The notes under the pieces were generated by a model. It was not told the DNA's origin. It worked only from the letters and a program-made list of their open reading frames with translations, and searched no databases. Of a stretch of DNA of 64,000 nt, positions 26,658 through 38,260 are shown in pieces. The stretch covers positions 17,610,001 to 17,674,000 of the forward strand of contig CM075987.1 in NCBI GenBank assembly GCA_038087875.1. The letters run 5' to 3'. Both the position numbers and the translations under genes were made by a program. The stretch comes from Malacoraja senta. Lineage: Eukaryota. Every line of letters begins with the position of its first letter. Position 1 is the stretch's first letter.

Positions 26658-26989
26658 GGTGGTATAATGCATATATACACGCACACATATACATATATAC
26701 ACAGGTACACAAAAATGCTGGAGAAACTCAGCGGGTGCAGCAGCATCTATGGAGCGAAGGAAATAGGCAATGTTTCGGCCCGATACGATAGAGGGAAATT
26801 GATCCTCCAACAGTCATCAAACAATCTGCTCTCTACTGTACACCTGTACAAGTTCAAGGAAGTATTTGTCGACAAGCCAAATCTCAAGGTAGACAAACAT
26901 GCTGGAGAAACTCAGTGGGTGAGGCAGCATCTATGGAGCGAAGGAATAGGTGACGATTCGGGTCGAGACTCTTCTTCAGACAAGTCTCA

Positions 26990-27332
26990 ATATGCCTAGT
27001 TGTGTTTTATTATCAAATGGCCCATGGTGCAGTGAAATTATTTTTTGCATTCAGTTCAGTAAATGATTGCCATACATATGTACACAGATGCACAGAGTCT
27101 CTTGCCCAGAGTAGGGGAATCGAGGACCAGAGGACATACGTTCAAGGTGAAGGGGAAAAGATTGAATAGGAATCTAAGGGGTAACCTTTTCACACAAATG
27201 GTGGTGGGTGTATGGAACGAGCTGCCAGAGGAGGTAGTTGAGGCTGGGACTATCCCAGCATTTAAGAAACAGTTAGACAGGTACATGGTTTGGACAGGTT
27301 TGGAGGGATATGGACCAAGCGCAGGCAGGTGG
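26990..27332 (+). mobile_element. CR1 LINE 3' end preceding the tail array
   Basis: DAQSLLPRVGESRTRGH...FKKQLDRYM. Confidence 0.8.
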
Positions 27333-27656
27333 GACTAGTGTAGCTGGGACATTGTTGGCCGGTGTTGGCAGGTTGGGCCGAAGGGCCTGTTTCCACACTG
27401 TATCACTCTATGACTAGTGTAGCTGGGACATGTTGGCCAGTGTGGGCAGGTTGGGCTGAAGGGCCTGTTTCCACACTGTATCACTCTATGACTAGTGTAG
27501 CTGGGACATGTTGGCCAGTGTGGGGGAGTTGGGCCGAAGGGCCTGTTTCCACACTGTATCACTCTGTGACTAGTGTAGCTGGGACATTGTTGGCCAGTGT
27601 GGGCAGGATGGGCTGAAGGGCCTGTTTCCATGCTGTATCACTCTATGACTCTATGA
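27333..27656 (+). repeat. Tandem array of 78-79 bp CR1 3'-tail units (4 copies)
   Basis: gactag at 27333, 27412, 27490 and 27568. Confidence 0.92.
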
Positions 27657-28070
27657 TGCTGTACAATCCCCAGCTAAGTACCTAATGTGTAGAGCCGGCC
27701 CACTGAGCCTAAAGGCAAGAGTGGCCATGTTTTGGTGCCATTTCCCAGTGCCAGCTACAGTTAGCCATAAAGGCCGGTTGCAGCCATCACCTCCGTCTGG
27801 ATCATCCCGTGAACCGTCGTCCCTCTCCTCGCCCGCCCACCTTCAGCCCTCATGCCCTGGGGGGGAGGTGTGCCCCCCGTAGTCCACCTTGAGGGGGCGG
27901 ATGGTAAGATCCCCGGTTATTCGTGGCAGCCCTTCGTTCAGCGTCCACCGTCGCCGCCGACTCCCCCCCACCCTTATCTCTGGTCCGCGGGGATGAGCAG
28001 GGGACGCTCGGCAGCTTCCCTCTCCAGGCGGGTTCCCAGCCCCGTGGTGAGTTCCCAGTCCTGTGGTGAG

Positions 28071-28460
28071 TTTTTAAAAATCTTTATTTATTAGAAGCAA
28101 ATGTACAAGAGTAGAACAAACAGCATATAAAAATATATAGTTAATGTACAGCTTCAATTTTAACTTTTTAGTTTTGAATTAAAGGAAAAGAAAAGAGAGA
28201 ACAAGAATGAGAAAGAGTGAGAGGTGCAAATATACCAAAGTAGTGTGGCCAAAGAGTGAGTAAAAGAAAGAAAGAAAAGGAAAAAAGAAAAAAAGGAACA
28301 AAAAGAAAAAGAGAGAGAAAAGTGGAGATATACCTGCCTCTCGTCCCTCCCCACCCACCTCACCCAACCCATAGTTGGATTTAAATCCAAAGTTGTGTTG
28401 CACCATACTATCCTTGTAAGAATTCGGTGAAGGATGTCCATGTCTTGGAAAAGTGTTTCC
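28071..28460 (-). mobile_element. L1/Tx1 extreme 3' end, inserted in a short ggtgagttcccag tandem repeat
   Basis: WKHFSKTWTSFTEFLQG* followed by T-rich UTR and AATAAA on the minus strand. Confidence 0.7.
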
Positions 28461-28849
28461 AGGTCCCCGCGGTGAGTTCCCAGTCCCTGCGGTGAGTTCC
28501 CGGTATAGTGGTGAGTTTCCTATTCCTGTGGTGAGTATAGGAGTAAGGATTTGAGTATAGGAGCAAAGAGGTCCTTCTGCAGTTGTACAGGGCCCTGGTG
28601 AGACCACACCTGGAGTATTGTGTACAGTTTTGGTCTCCTAATTTGAGAAAGGACATTCTTGCTATTGAGAGAATGCAGCGTAGGTTCACGAGGTTAATTC
28701 CCGGGATGGCGGGACTGTCACATGAGGAAATATTGGAAAGTCTGGGCTTGTATTCACTTGAGTTTAGAAGGATGAGAGGGGTTCTTATAGAAACATATAA
28801 AATTATAAAAGGACTGGTCAAGCTAGATGCAGGAAAGATTTTCCCAATG

Positions 28850-29205
28850 GTACACAAAAATGCTGGAGAAACTCAGCGGGTGCAGCAGAATCTAGGAGCG
28901 AAGGAGATAGGCAACGTTTCGGGCCGAAACCCTTCTTCAGACTGATGGGGGGGTGGGAGGAGGCGGGGAGAAGAAACGAAAAAGGAGGAGGAGGAGCCCT
29001 GGGGCTGAGGGAGAGGTAGGAAGGGGAGGAGACAGCAAGTGTTTCCTTTCTTCTCCCCGCCTCCCCCCACCCCCCATCAGTCTGAAGAAGGGTTTCGGCC
29101 CGAAACGTTGCCTATCTCCTTCGCTCCATAGATGCTGCTGCACCCGCTGAGTTTCTCCAGCATTTTTGTGTACCTTTGATTTTCCAGCATTTGCAGTTCC
29201 TTCTT
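28850..29205. mobile_element. Non-autonomous Penelope-derived insertion with inverted pLTR arms and 16-bp TSD
   Basis: Arms 28850-28976 and 29047-29173; TSD aaagattttcccaatg at 28834-28849 and 29206-29221. Confidence 0.9.
29082..29109 (+). ncRNA. Minimal hammerhead-ribozyme motif (mirror copy at 28913-28940 on - strand)
   Basis: ctgaagaagggtttcggcccgaaacgtt. Confidence 0.6.
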
Positions 29206-29671
29206 AAAGATTTTCCCAATGTTGGGCGAGTCCAGAACCAGGGGCCACAGTCTTAGAATAAAGGGGAGGTCATTTAAGACTGAGGTGAGAAAAAATCTAT
29301 TTCACCCAGAGAGTTGTGAATTTGTGGAATTCTCTGCCACAGAGGGCAGTGGAGGCCAATTCACTGGATGAATTTAAAAGAGAGTTAGATGGAGTTCTAG
29401 GGGCTAGCGGAGTCAAGGGGTATGGGGAGGCACGGGTTATTGATTGTGGATGATCAGCCGTGATCACAATGAATGGCGGTGCTGGCTCGAAGGGCCGATT
29501 GTCCTCGTCCTGCACCTGTTGTTTGTGTTTCTATATTTTTTCCCACTTCCCGGGCCCGTCAGCGGGGGATTCAGGCATGGTGCCGGGGAACACCGTTGTT
29601 CCTCTGCCGCGTGGAACAAACAGAGAATGAGGCAGTTGCGATCTCACTAACAACTCACTTCCCTGTTCCAG

Positions 29672-29737
29672 ATGAAGAGGGATGTCCTGCATGAGATGAA
29701 GTACATCGAGCTGGTGCTGGTGATTGACAACGCAGAG
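29672..29737 (+). CDS. ADAM15: Furin site and start of metalloprotease domain (exon 7 equivalent), MKRDVLHEMKYIELVLVIDNAE
   Basis: ccctgttccag acceptor, gag|gtgggt donor, 66 nt, phase 0 to 0; R|MKR proprotein-convertase site; KYIELVLV motif. Confidence 0.93.
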
Positions 29738-31975
29738 GTGGGTGTCTCCCCCTGACCCCAGCCCTGCCCACACTCCCCTCCCCTCACTGTATCCACACAC
29801 CCCTCCGCTCTGTCTCACACCTCACCTTGTCTCTGCATCCCCACCACCCTGCCACAGGAAGGATGTCGTTAAGTCGGAAAGGGCGAGGAAAAGATTCCAA
29901 TGTTCTATAGACTCAGGATCAGTTCCTGTGGATTGGAGGGGAGCTAATGTTATCGCACTTTTTAAGAAAGGCGGGAGAGAGAAAACTGGGAATTATAGAC
30001 CAGTTAGCCTGACATCGGTGGTGCCTCCTAAAACACCCTGTCCAAAGCCCCCACATCCTTCCTGTAATGGGGGACATCAGAACTGTACGCAATACTCCCA
30101 ATGCGATCTAACCAAAGTCTTTTGGGGCTACATCATGACTTTCTGACTCTGACACGCAAATCCCCGACCTATGAAGGCAAGCGTACCCCACATGCCTTCT
30201 TTACCACTCTATCTGCTTCAGTTGCTGCTTTCAGGAGGTTAGTTCATAACTTCCAGGAGCAGCATAAGGCCATTCGACCCATCAAGTCTATGCCACCATT
30301 CAATCTTGGCCGATCTATCTTTTCCTCTCAACCGCATTCTCCTGGATTCTCCTTATAACCCCTGACATCCTTATTAATCAAGAATCTGTCAATCTCCGCC
30401 TTAAAAATGTCCACTGACTTGGCCTCCACAGTCGTCTGGGGCAATGCATTCCACAGATTCACCACCCTCTGGCCAAACAGATTCTCACATCTCCTTGAAT
30501 TCTGAGGCTAAGGCCTCTGGTTCTAGTGGAAACATCCTCCCCACATCCACTCTATCCAAGATTTTCACTATTCTGTAAGTTTCAATGAGGTCCCCCCTTA
30601 TTCTTCTAAACTCCAGCGAGTACAGGCCCAGTGCCGACAAACGCTCATCATATGTTGGGGACTTGGACCCCTCCGTACACGAATGCTGTGAAGTGTGTGT
30701 AGTGTGGTAATGAGAGGCGGGGTGACTCAAGCTGCACAAAACATAAAGAACATGGAGAGGACCTCAACTCCCCGGGTCTGCTGTGCCTTCAGTACGGCCA
30801 CAGCTCTACTTCTCCTTCCCCTCCCATTCCCTCGCCCCGCAATCTGACCTTTAATAGGAATCCGAGGGGCAACTTTTTCCACGTAGAGGGTGGTGGGTGT
30901 ATGGAACGGTCTGGCAGAGGAGGTAGTTGAGGCGGGGACTATCACAACATTTAAAAGACATTTGGACAGGCACATGGATAGGAAAGGTTTAGAGGGAACT
31001 GGGTCAAAGGCAGACAAATAGAATGAGCTTAGATGGGGCATGTTGGTCGGCATGGGTATGTTGGGCTGAGGGGCCCGTTTCTCTGGATGCTTTCAAGAGA
31101 GAACCAGATAGGGCTCTTAAAAATAGCAGAGTCAGGGGATATGGGGAGAAGGCAGGAACGGGGTACTGATTGGGGATGATCAGTCATGATCACATTGAAT
31201 GGCGGTGCTGGCTCGAAGGGCCGAATGGCCTACTCCTGCACCTATTGTCTATTGTCTATTGTTTCTGTACTGTATGACTGTGAATGGGCAAGAAGTTAGT
31301 GGATGGTGTGTAATGTGTGGGATCTTACCCACTGCGTAAAGACAAACTATATAAATGTCAGGGGGCTACAAAATGGTGTGGCACAGAGGAATCGTAAGGT
31401 CCCAGGCCAGGAATGACCAAGGACATCCAAGGGCAAGCCGGTGATTAGGGAGACTATTGTGGATACAATTACAACGTTTAAAAGACATTTCGACAGATAT
31501 ATGAATAGACGTTTCTTTTTTAGAGTTTTGGGACAAATGGGGCTCGAATGGAACTGTAGCTGCGGGGATGGGCTCTGTGAAGAGGCCGTTGACATAAAAA
31601 CAGGTTGTACAGGTTGGGCCTCAGCAGAATGAGAAGGGAAAGAGTCACGGAGCTGTACAGCACGGCCACAGGCCCTTCGGCCCACCTTGTCCATACCCAT
31701 CAAGTTGGCATTCGGGGCTAGTCCCATTTGCCGGCATTTGCCCAAACTCTTCCAATGCCTTCCTGTCTATACATCTGTCCAAATGTATTTTAAAAGTCGT
31801 CATTGAATGCTCTTCCTCTGGCAGCTGTACAGAGTTTGTACCTTCTCCCCATGACCTGCATGGGTTGTCACCGAGATCTTCGGTTTCCTCCCACACTCCA
31901 AAGACATACAGGTTTGTAGGTTAATTGGCTTGGTGTATGTAAAAATTGTCCCTAGTGTGTGTAGGATTGTGTTAA

Positions 31976-32502
31976 TCAAGTCAAGTCAAGTCAAGTCACT
32001 TTTATTTATACAGCACATTTAAAAAACAACTCTTGTTGGCCAAAGTGCTTTATATTGGTATAAGAATAGTATAACAAACAGCAGTGGTTCATAGATTAAA
32101 TACAAGCATCACTACATACATATAGCCCTCACTCAGAGGACGTCAAGAAAGGCTTGGGAGTAGAGATGAGTTTTAAGCCTCGATTTAAAGGAGTCGATGG
32201 AGGGGGCAGTTCTGATGGGAAGAGGGATGCTGTTCCACAGTCTAGGCGCAGTCGCCCCTGAGCTTATGCCTAGACCGCGGGATATTCAGCAACCCCAAGT
32301 CGGCCGATCTGAGGGACCTGGAGGTGGTGTGGTGGGTAAGCAGACTTTTAATGTAGGTCGGGGCAAGCCCATTGAGGGCTTTGTAGACATGGAGGAGGAT
32401 CTTGAAATTTATTCGGAACCGCACAGGGAGGCAGTGGAGAGAGGCCAGGATCGGGGTGATGTGGTCCCTTTTTCGGGTGCCCGTCAGGAGTCTCGCTGCG
32501 GC
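31976..32502 (-). mobile_element. L2 3' fragment nested in an HE1/V-SINE (31826-31975 and 32508-32588)
   Basis: AAARLLTGTRKRDHITPIL; caagt tail; SINE halves on both sides. Confidence 0.82.
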
Positions 32503-32815
32503 GAGACTGTGCAGGGGATCGCTGGTTGGCGCAGACCCGGTGGGCCAAAGGGCCTGTTTCCACATTTGATCTCTAAACCAAACTAAATATAGACACAGTG
32601 AATGAGGTTGTGGGGCAGTGTGGCCACGGTGGGTTCTGGGGCTCGGGAAGGGGCAGTGGGCTCAGAGTGAGCGATGGGTGGGTAGCGGGGTGCGGGTGTG
32701 ATTGTGGGCGGTGGGGCAGTGTGGGGAGGGACGGGGTGGGTGGATTAGATGGTTGGGTTGCCTGGGGTCACTGTGATTTTGGTGTTCTGCTCGCTGAATC
32801 ACCAACCCTCTGGTT

Positions 32816-33015
32816 NNNNNNNNNNNNNNNNNNNNNNNNNNNNNNNNNNNNNNNNNNNNNNNNNNNNNNNNNNNNNNNNNNNNNNNNNNNNNNNNNNNNN
32901 NNNNNNNNNNNNNNNNNNNNNNNNNNNNNNNNNNNNNNNNNNNNNNNNNNNNNNNNNNNNNNNNNNNNNNNNNNNNNNNNNNNNNNNNNNNNNNNNNNNN
33001 NNNNNNNNNNNNNNN
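32816..33015. other. Assembly gap (exactly 200 N, probably a placeholder size)
   Basis: Run of N. Confidence 0.99.
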
Positions 33016-33335
33016 GACGCCCCCAACATCGGGAACATGTTTCCTGCCTCTAGCGTGTACAAATCCTTAACAATCCTATATGTTTCAATAAGATCAGTAA
33101 GTGTAGATGGGGCATGTTGGTCGGTGTGGACAAGTTGCAGAAAGGGCCTGTTTCCACACTGTATCACTCTATGACTCTCTCTGTTGCTCAAGCCCTCGAG
33201 TCCTGGCAACACCCTGGTAAATCTTTGCTGCATTCTTTCCAGCTTAAAGCCATCCTTCCTGTAGCCGGGTATTCTGTGTGGCCTCACCGACGTTTCACAG
33301 CTGTAATGTAACGTGCATCCATCTCTCTTTTGCAG

Positions 33336-33420
33336 GGGTGGCATTTTTGACAGGGGGACAGGGGGCCTGGCATCCTTTGGCTCCATTTGTTCGGCAAGCA
33401 ATTCCGGAGGAGTAAACCTG
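33336..33420 (+). CDS. ADAM15: Metalloprotease exon (exon 10 equivalent), GGIFDRGTGGLASFGSICSASNSGGVNL
   Basis: ctcttttgcag acceptor, ctg|gtgagc donor, 85 nt, phase 2 to 0; GLA...SICS..SGGVN motif. Confidence 0.93.
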
Positions 33421-33561
33421 GTGAGCACAGACTCTCCCGTCTCCACAAATCCATCCCCTGAACCAGATGCTCAAGTGACCCGACCCACAGCACCCTCACC
33501 CACACCAGGCTCACCAACATTGACCATCATCACCACCCAACTTGGGAAAGCAGCCAACATA

Positions 33562-34187
33562 ATAGAAACATAGAAAATAGGTGCAGGAGGAGGCCATTCG
33601 GCCCTTCGAGCCAGCACCGTCATTCATTGTGATCATGGCTGATCGTCCCCAATCAATAACCCGTGCCTGCCTTCTCCCCATATCCCTTGACTCCACTAGC
33701 CCCTAGAGCTCTATCTAACTCTCTCTTAAATCCATCCAGTGATTTGGCCTCCACTGCCCTCGGTGGCAGGGAATTCCACAAATTCACAACTCTCTGGGTG
33801 AAATTTTTTTTCTCACCTCAGTCTTAAATGACCTCCCCTTTTTTCTAAGACTGTGGCCCCTGGTTCTGGACTCGCCCAACATTGGGAACATTTTTCCTGC
33901 ATCTAGCTTGTCCAGTCCTTTTATAATTTTATATGTTTCTATAAGATCGCCCCTCATCCTTCTAAACTTCAGCCTAGTCTTTTTAATCTTTCCTCATATG
34001 ACAGTCCCGCCATCCCAGGGATCAATCTCATGAACCTACGCTGCACTACCTCAATCACAAGGATGTCCTTCCTCAAATTAGGAGACCAAAACTGTACACA
34101 ATACTCCAGATGTGGTCTCACCAGAGCCCTATACAACTTCAGAAGAACCTCTTTATTCCTATACTGAAATCCTCTTGTTATGAAGGC
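33562..34187 (-). mobile_element. Young CR1 3' fragment with (TTTCTATG)n tail
   Basis: Nearly identical to 58368-59010. Confidence 0.9.
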
Positions 34188-34640
34188 TTGTTCCACCCTG
34201 GTCATTCCCTCTTCTCCCCGCTCCCGTCCAGTAGAAGGTACAGAAGCTTGAAAGCCCGCACCACCAGACTCAGGAACAGCTTCTTCCCCTCTGTTATCAG
34301 GCTTCTGAGCGGTCCTTCCAGAAGCTACCGATTCACCTCTACCCCATTGTGGACATTGGACATTGTCTCTGGAACTGATGCGCTACAATGCTGAGAACTA
34401 TATTCTACACGCTGTATCTTCCCCTTTGCTCTACCTATTGGATTGGAGTTTGACCTGATTGTATTTATATTTGATAACATCTCATCTGTTTGGATAGCAA
34501 GCAAAGCAAAGTTTTTCAATGTACCTCAGTACACGTGACAATAATGAACCTAAACCTGACTCTGGAATTCATTGCCACAGACGGCAGTGGAGGCCAAGTC
34601 ATTGGCTATGTTTAAAGCGGAGATTGACAGGTTCTTCATT

Positions 34641-35632
34641 ATAGAGTCATAGTGATACAGTGTGGAAACAGGCCCTTCAGCCCAACTTGCCCACACCAGC
34701 CAACAATGTCCCAGCTACACTAGTCCCACCTGCCCGCGTTTGGCCCATATCCATCTAAACCTGTCCTATCCATGTACCTGTCTAACTGTTTCTTAAATGT
34801 TCGGATAGTCCCAGCCTCAACTACCTCCTCTGGCAGCTTGTTCCATACACCCACCACCCTTTGTGTGAAAAAGTTGCCCCTCAGATTCCTATTAAATCTT
34901 ACCCCTTCACCTTGAACCAATGTCCTCTGGTCCTCGATTCCCCTACTCTGGGCAAGAGACTCTGTGCATCTACCCGATCTATTCCCCGCATGATTTTGTA
35001 CACCTCTATACGATCATCCCTCGTCCTCCTGCTCTCCATGGAATAGAGGCCCAGCCTACTCAACCTCTCCCTGTAGCTCACACCCTCTAGTCCTGGCAAC
35101 ATCCTCGTAAATCTTCTCTGTAGCCTTTCCAGCTTGTCTACATCTTTCCTATAACACGGTGCCCAGAACTGAACACAATATTCTAAATGCGGCCTCACCA
35201 ACGTCTTATACAACTGCAGCAATATTTCCCAACTTCTATACTCAATATTCAATGTGACAAAAGCCTTTTTGACCACCTTATCTACCTGCGACTCGACCTT
35301 CAAGGAACCATGCACCTGTACTCCTAGATCCCTCTGCTCTACAACACTACCCAGAGGCCCACCATTCACTGTGTAGGTCCTGCCCTTGTTCGACCAAAAT
35401 GCAACACCTCACACTTCTCTGTATTAAATTCCATCAACCATTCCTCCGCCCACCTGGCCAATCGATCCAGATCCTGCTGCAATCGTTCACAACCATCTTC
35501 ACTATCTGCAAAACCACTCACTTTTGTATCATCAGCAAACTTGTGTAGATGACAAACAGTAACGGGCCCAGCACCGAACCCTGAGGCACACCACTAGTCA
35601 CAGGCCTCCAGACCGAGAAGCAACCTTCCACC
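34641..35632 (-). mobile_element. CR1 LINE RT and 3' fragment
   Basis: ORFs 34899-35369 and 34720-34920. Confidence 0.88.
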
Positions 35633-35758
35633 AGGTAGATAGATCAATAGATAGGTAGGCACATTATTGTCACAAGTACTGTGAAGGTACCGTGAAACTC
35701 CTTGTTTTTGCGTTCACAGAACAGTCGCCACAAGTAGCTAAGAAAGTTACCAAGTACA

Positions 35759-35950
35759 GGGGCAGCACGGTGGCGCAGCGGTAGAATCGCTGCCTTACAG
35801 CGGCAGAGACTCGGGTTCGATCCTGACCAGGGGTGCCGTCTGTACAGAGTTTGTGTATTCTCCCCGTGACCTGCGCGGGTTTTCTCCGGGGTTCCCGGTT
35901 TCCTCTCACACTCCAAAGACGTACGTAGGCTAATTGGCTTTGGTTAAATT
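35759..35950 (+). mobile_element. HE1/V-SINE, 3'-truncated
   Basis: ggggcagcacggtggcgcagcggtaga (box A), gggttcgatcc (box B). Confidence 0.85.
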
Positions 35951-36569
35951 GTGGAAAAAAAAAAAAAAGAAAGTTACCAAGTACCCTTAAATATTATTGA
36001 TCCTTTCTTCGTTCACCCCCCCTCCCCCCCCCTCTGCACCACCACTGATTACTCTTGTTCTTGGCGCCCCCCCCCCCCCCACTGTTCACGCTGGGACCCC
36101 TTTGTTCTTTATGACGCGGCCCCCCGGGACCCCGACTCGTGTTCCACGTCCCTCCTCATTCATGGTGGCGCGGTTGACGCCGGTGGCTCGGGCCTAAGTT
36201 TGGGGTCCGCACTCCCACCAGTAAGTCCTCAGCGGTTGGCCCGCCGTGAGCGATTCACAGTCTGCGGTGGGAGGTCCTCCGTCGAGGGTCTGCGGCGGCG
36301 GTGAGCAGGGTCTGCCTGATGGGACCCTCCTTTCAACGGTCGCCCTGAAGGCCACACGCCCATCGCCCTCTGCTTCCTTCCATGAAATGAGTGTGGGCAA
36401 CAAGGGGTTATGGGGAGAAGGCAGGAGAATCGGGTTGAGGGTGAAAGATAGATCAGCCATGATTGAATGGCAGAGTAGACTCATTGGGCCGAATGGCCTA
36501 ATTCTGCTCTTATGACTGATGAGCTTCTGTGACTGGCATCAGTGTTGTCCTGCCGTTCTAATCATTATC

Positions 36570-37655
36570 GTACTTTATTAGCCAAGTATGTTTCCCAACA
36601 TACGAAGAATTTCATTTGCCATATAGTCATACCAATAAAAAGCAACAGAACACACTAAATACATTTTAACATAAACACCCACCACAGTGACTCCTCCACA
36701 TTCCTCACTGTGATGGAAGGCGAGAAAAAGTTCAATCTCTTCTCTTAGACAATAGACAATAGACAATAGGTGCAGGAGGAGGCCATTTGGCCCTTCGAGC
36801 CAGCACCGCCATTCAATGTGATCATGGCTGATCATCCCCAATCAGTACCCCGTTCCTGCCTTCTCCCCATATCCCCTGACACCGCTATCTTTAAGAGCCC
36901 TATCTAGCTCTCTCTTGAAAGTATCCAGAGAACCTGCCTCCACCGCCCTCTGAGGCAGAGAATTCCACAGACTCACCACTCTCTGTGAGAAAAAGTGTTT
37001 CCTCGTCTCCGTTCTAAATGGCTTACCCCTTATTCTTAAACTGTGGCCCCTGGTTCTGGACTCCCCCAACATCGGGAACATAACTCTCCTTTGTTCTCCC
37101 GCGGTCAGGGGCCTCGAGCCTTCCGTTGACGGGACGATCTTGGCTCCCGTAGCCGGTGGTGTTTAAGCCCTCACGTCAGGGCAATCATGCTCCTGAATTG
37201 TCAGCTCCCCCACGCCTGGCGATCGGACCCCGGGTCAGGACTAGTCGAACCTTCTGCGTCGTTCGGAGCTTCCCGACATCAGTCTCTACCCGAGACTGCG
37301 AGCTCCTCGATGGTGAAATCCACAGGCCGCGGTTGGAGCGTCGATCCCAGGCAAGGGATCGGCTCCGATGGGAAGTCCGCGCCCCCCGGTGGGGCTAAAA
37401 GTCAGTCCTGAGCGAGGCCTCCAGCTCCGTGATGTTAGGCCGCAGAGCGACCGGAGATACGATCCGGAAAACAATCGCATCCCCGGCAAGGTATGAGATT
37501 GGAAAAAAGTTTCCCCCAACCCCCTCCCCCACCCCCACATAAAACAAACCAGAGAACATTAACACAAACTTTCAAAGCACACTAAAAATAAAAAAATAAA
37601 AAGACAAAAAGACAGACAGACTGTTGGCGAGGCAGCCATCGCTAGCGGCGCCCCC
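36570..37655 (-). mobile_element. Non-autonomous Rex/Babar-like retroposon interrupted by a CR1 3' fragment (36747-37081)
   Basis: Colinear with 51030-51774; ends about 37 nt before the catalytic exon. Confidence 0.75.
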
Positions 37656-37692
37656 TGGTGGTATCTCAGGCTGTTCTTGCCCTTGTTCCCAG

Positions 37693-37835
37693 GACATCCA
37701 CCCCAGCTTCCTGATGGTGTCGGCGACCCTGGCCCATGAGCTGGGTCACAACCTTGGACTGACGCACGACACGGCGGAACGCAACTGTTACTGTGAGAAC
37801 CGAATCACTGGCTGCATCATGGACACTGCACTGGG
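37693..37835 (+). CDS. ADAM15: Catalytic exon (exon 11 equivalent), DIHPSFLMVSATLAHELGHNLGLTHDTAERNCYCENRITGCIMDTAL(G)
   Basis: ttcccag acceptor, gg|gtagga donor, 143 nt, phase 0 to 2; HExxHxxGxxHD at 37735-37770 and CIM Met-turn. Confidence 0.97.
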
Positions 37836-37892
37836 GTAGGAACCATGCAGCAACTGCACGCTGCACCTTGGCATTGGGGCATGCTGGTAACA

Positions 37893-38260
37893 GGGCAGCA
37901 CGGTGGCGCAGTGGGTGGGGCAGCTGCCTCCCATCACCTGGGCGGCCCAGGTTCAATCCCCATCTCAGGTGCTGTCTGTGTGGAGTTTGCACGTTCTCCC
38001 TGTGACCACGTAGATTTCCCCGGGTACTCTGGGTGTAGACGTGTGGGGTCACTGGGTCTAGACGTGTGGGGTCACTGGGTCTAGACGTATGGGGTCACTG
38101 GGTTAACTGACCTCTGTAATTTGCCCCCATTGTGCGGGTTAGGATTTGAATCCGGGGGGGAGGGGAGAATCAAATGGGATCAGTATCAACAGGGGGCTGG
38201 TGGTCACCTCAGACTCAATGGGCCGAAGGGCCTGTTTCCATGTTGTATGACTCTATGAAT
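37893..38260 (+). mobile_element. Diverged HE1/V-SINE with an internal 23-bp triplication (38031-38103)
   Basis: gggcagcacggtggcgcag head; gggtctagacgtgtggggtcact x3. Confidence 0.75.

Larger units (their letters stand above)
28551..29540 (+). mobile_element. CR1 LINE 3' fragment interrupted by a PLE-derived insertion
   Basis: LDAGKIFPM|LGESRTRGH split at 28849/29206. Confidence 0.9.

Noticed and set aside
30660..31650. Candidates for the two missing metalloprotease exons in sequenced DNA
   Set aside because: No AG-ORF-GT segment with reprolysin motifs found; mostly decayed CR1
35759..35830. tRNA gene candidates at SINE heads
   Set aside because: Box A and B are present but run into SINE body sequence, with no convincing cloverleaf or terminator
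35990..36390. CpG-rich patch (also 27690-28060) as internal promoter or exon
   Set aside because: No splice-bounded in-phase ORF or clear promoter motif; more likely a GC-rich repeat fragment
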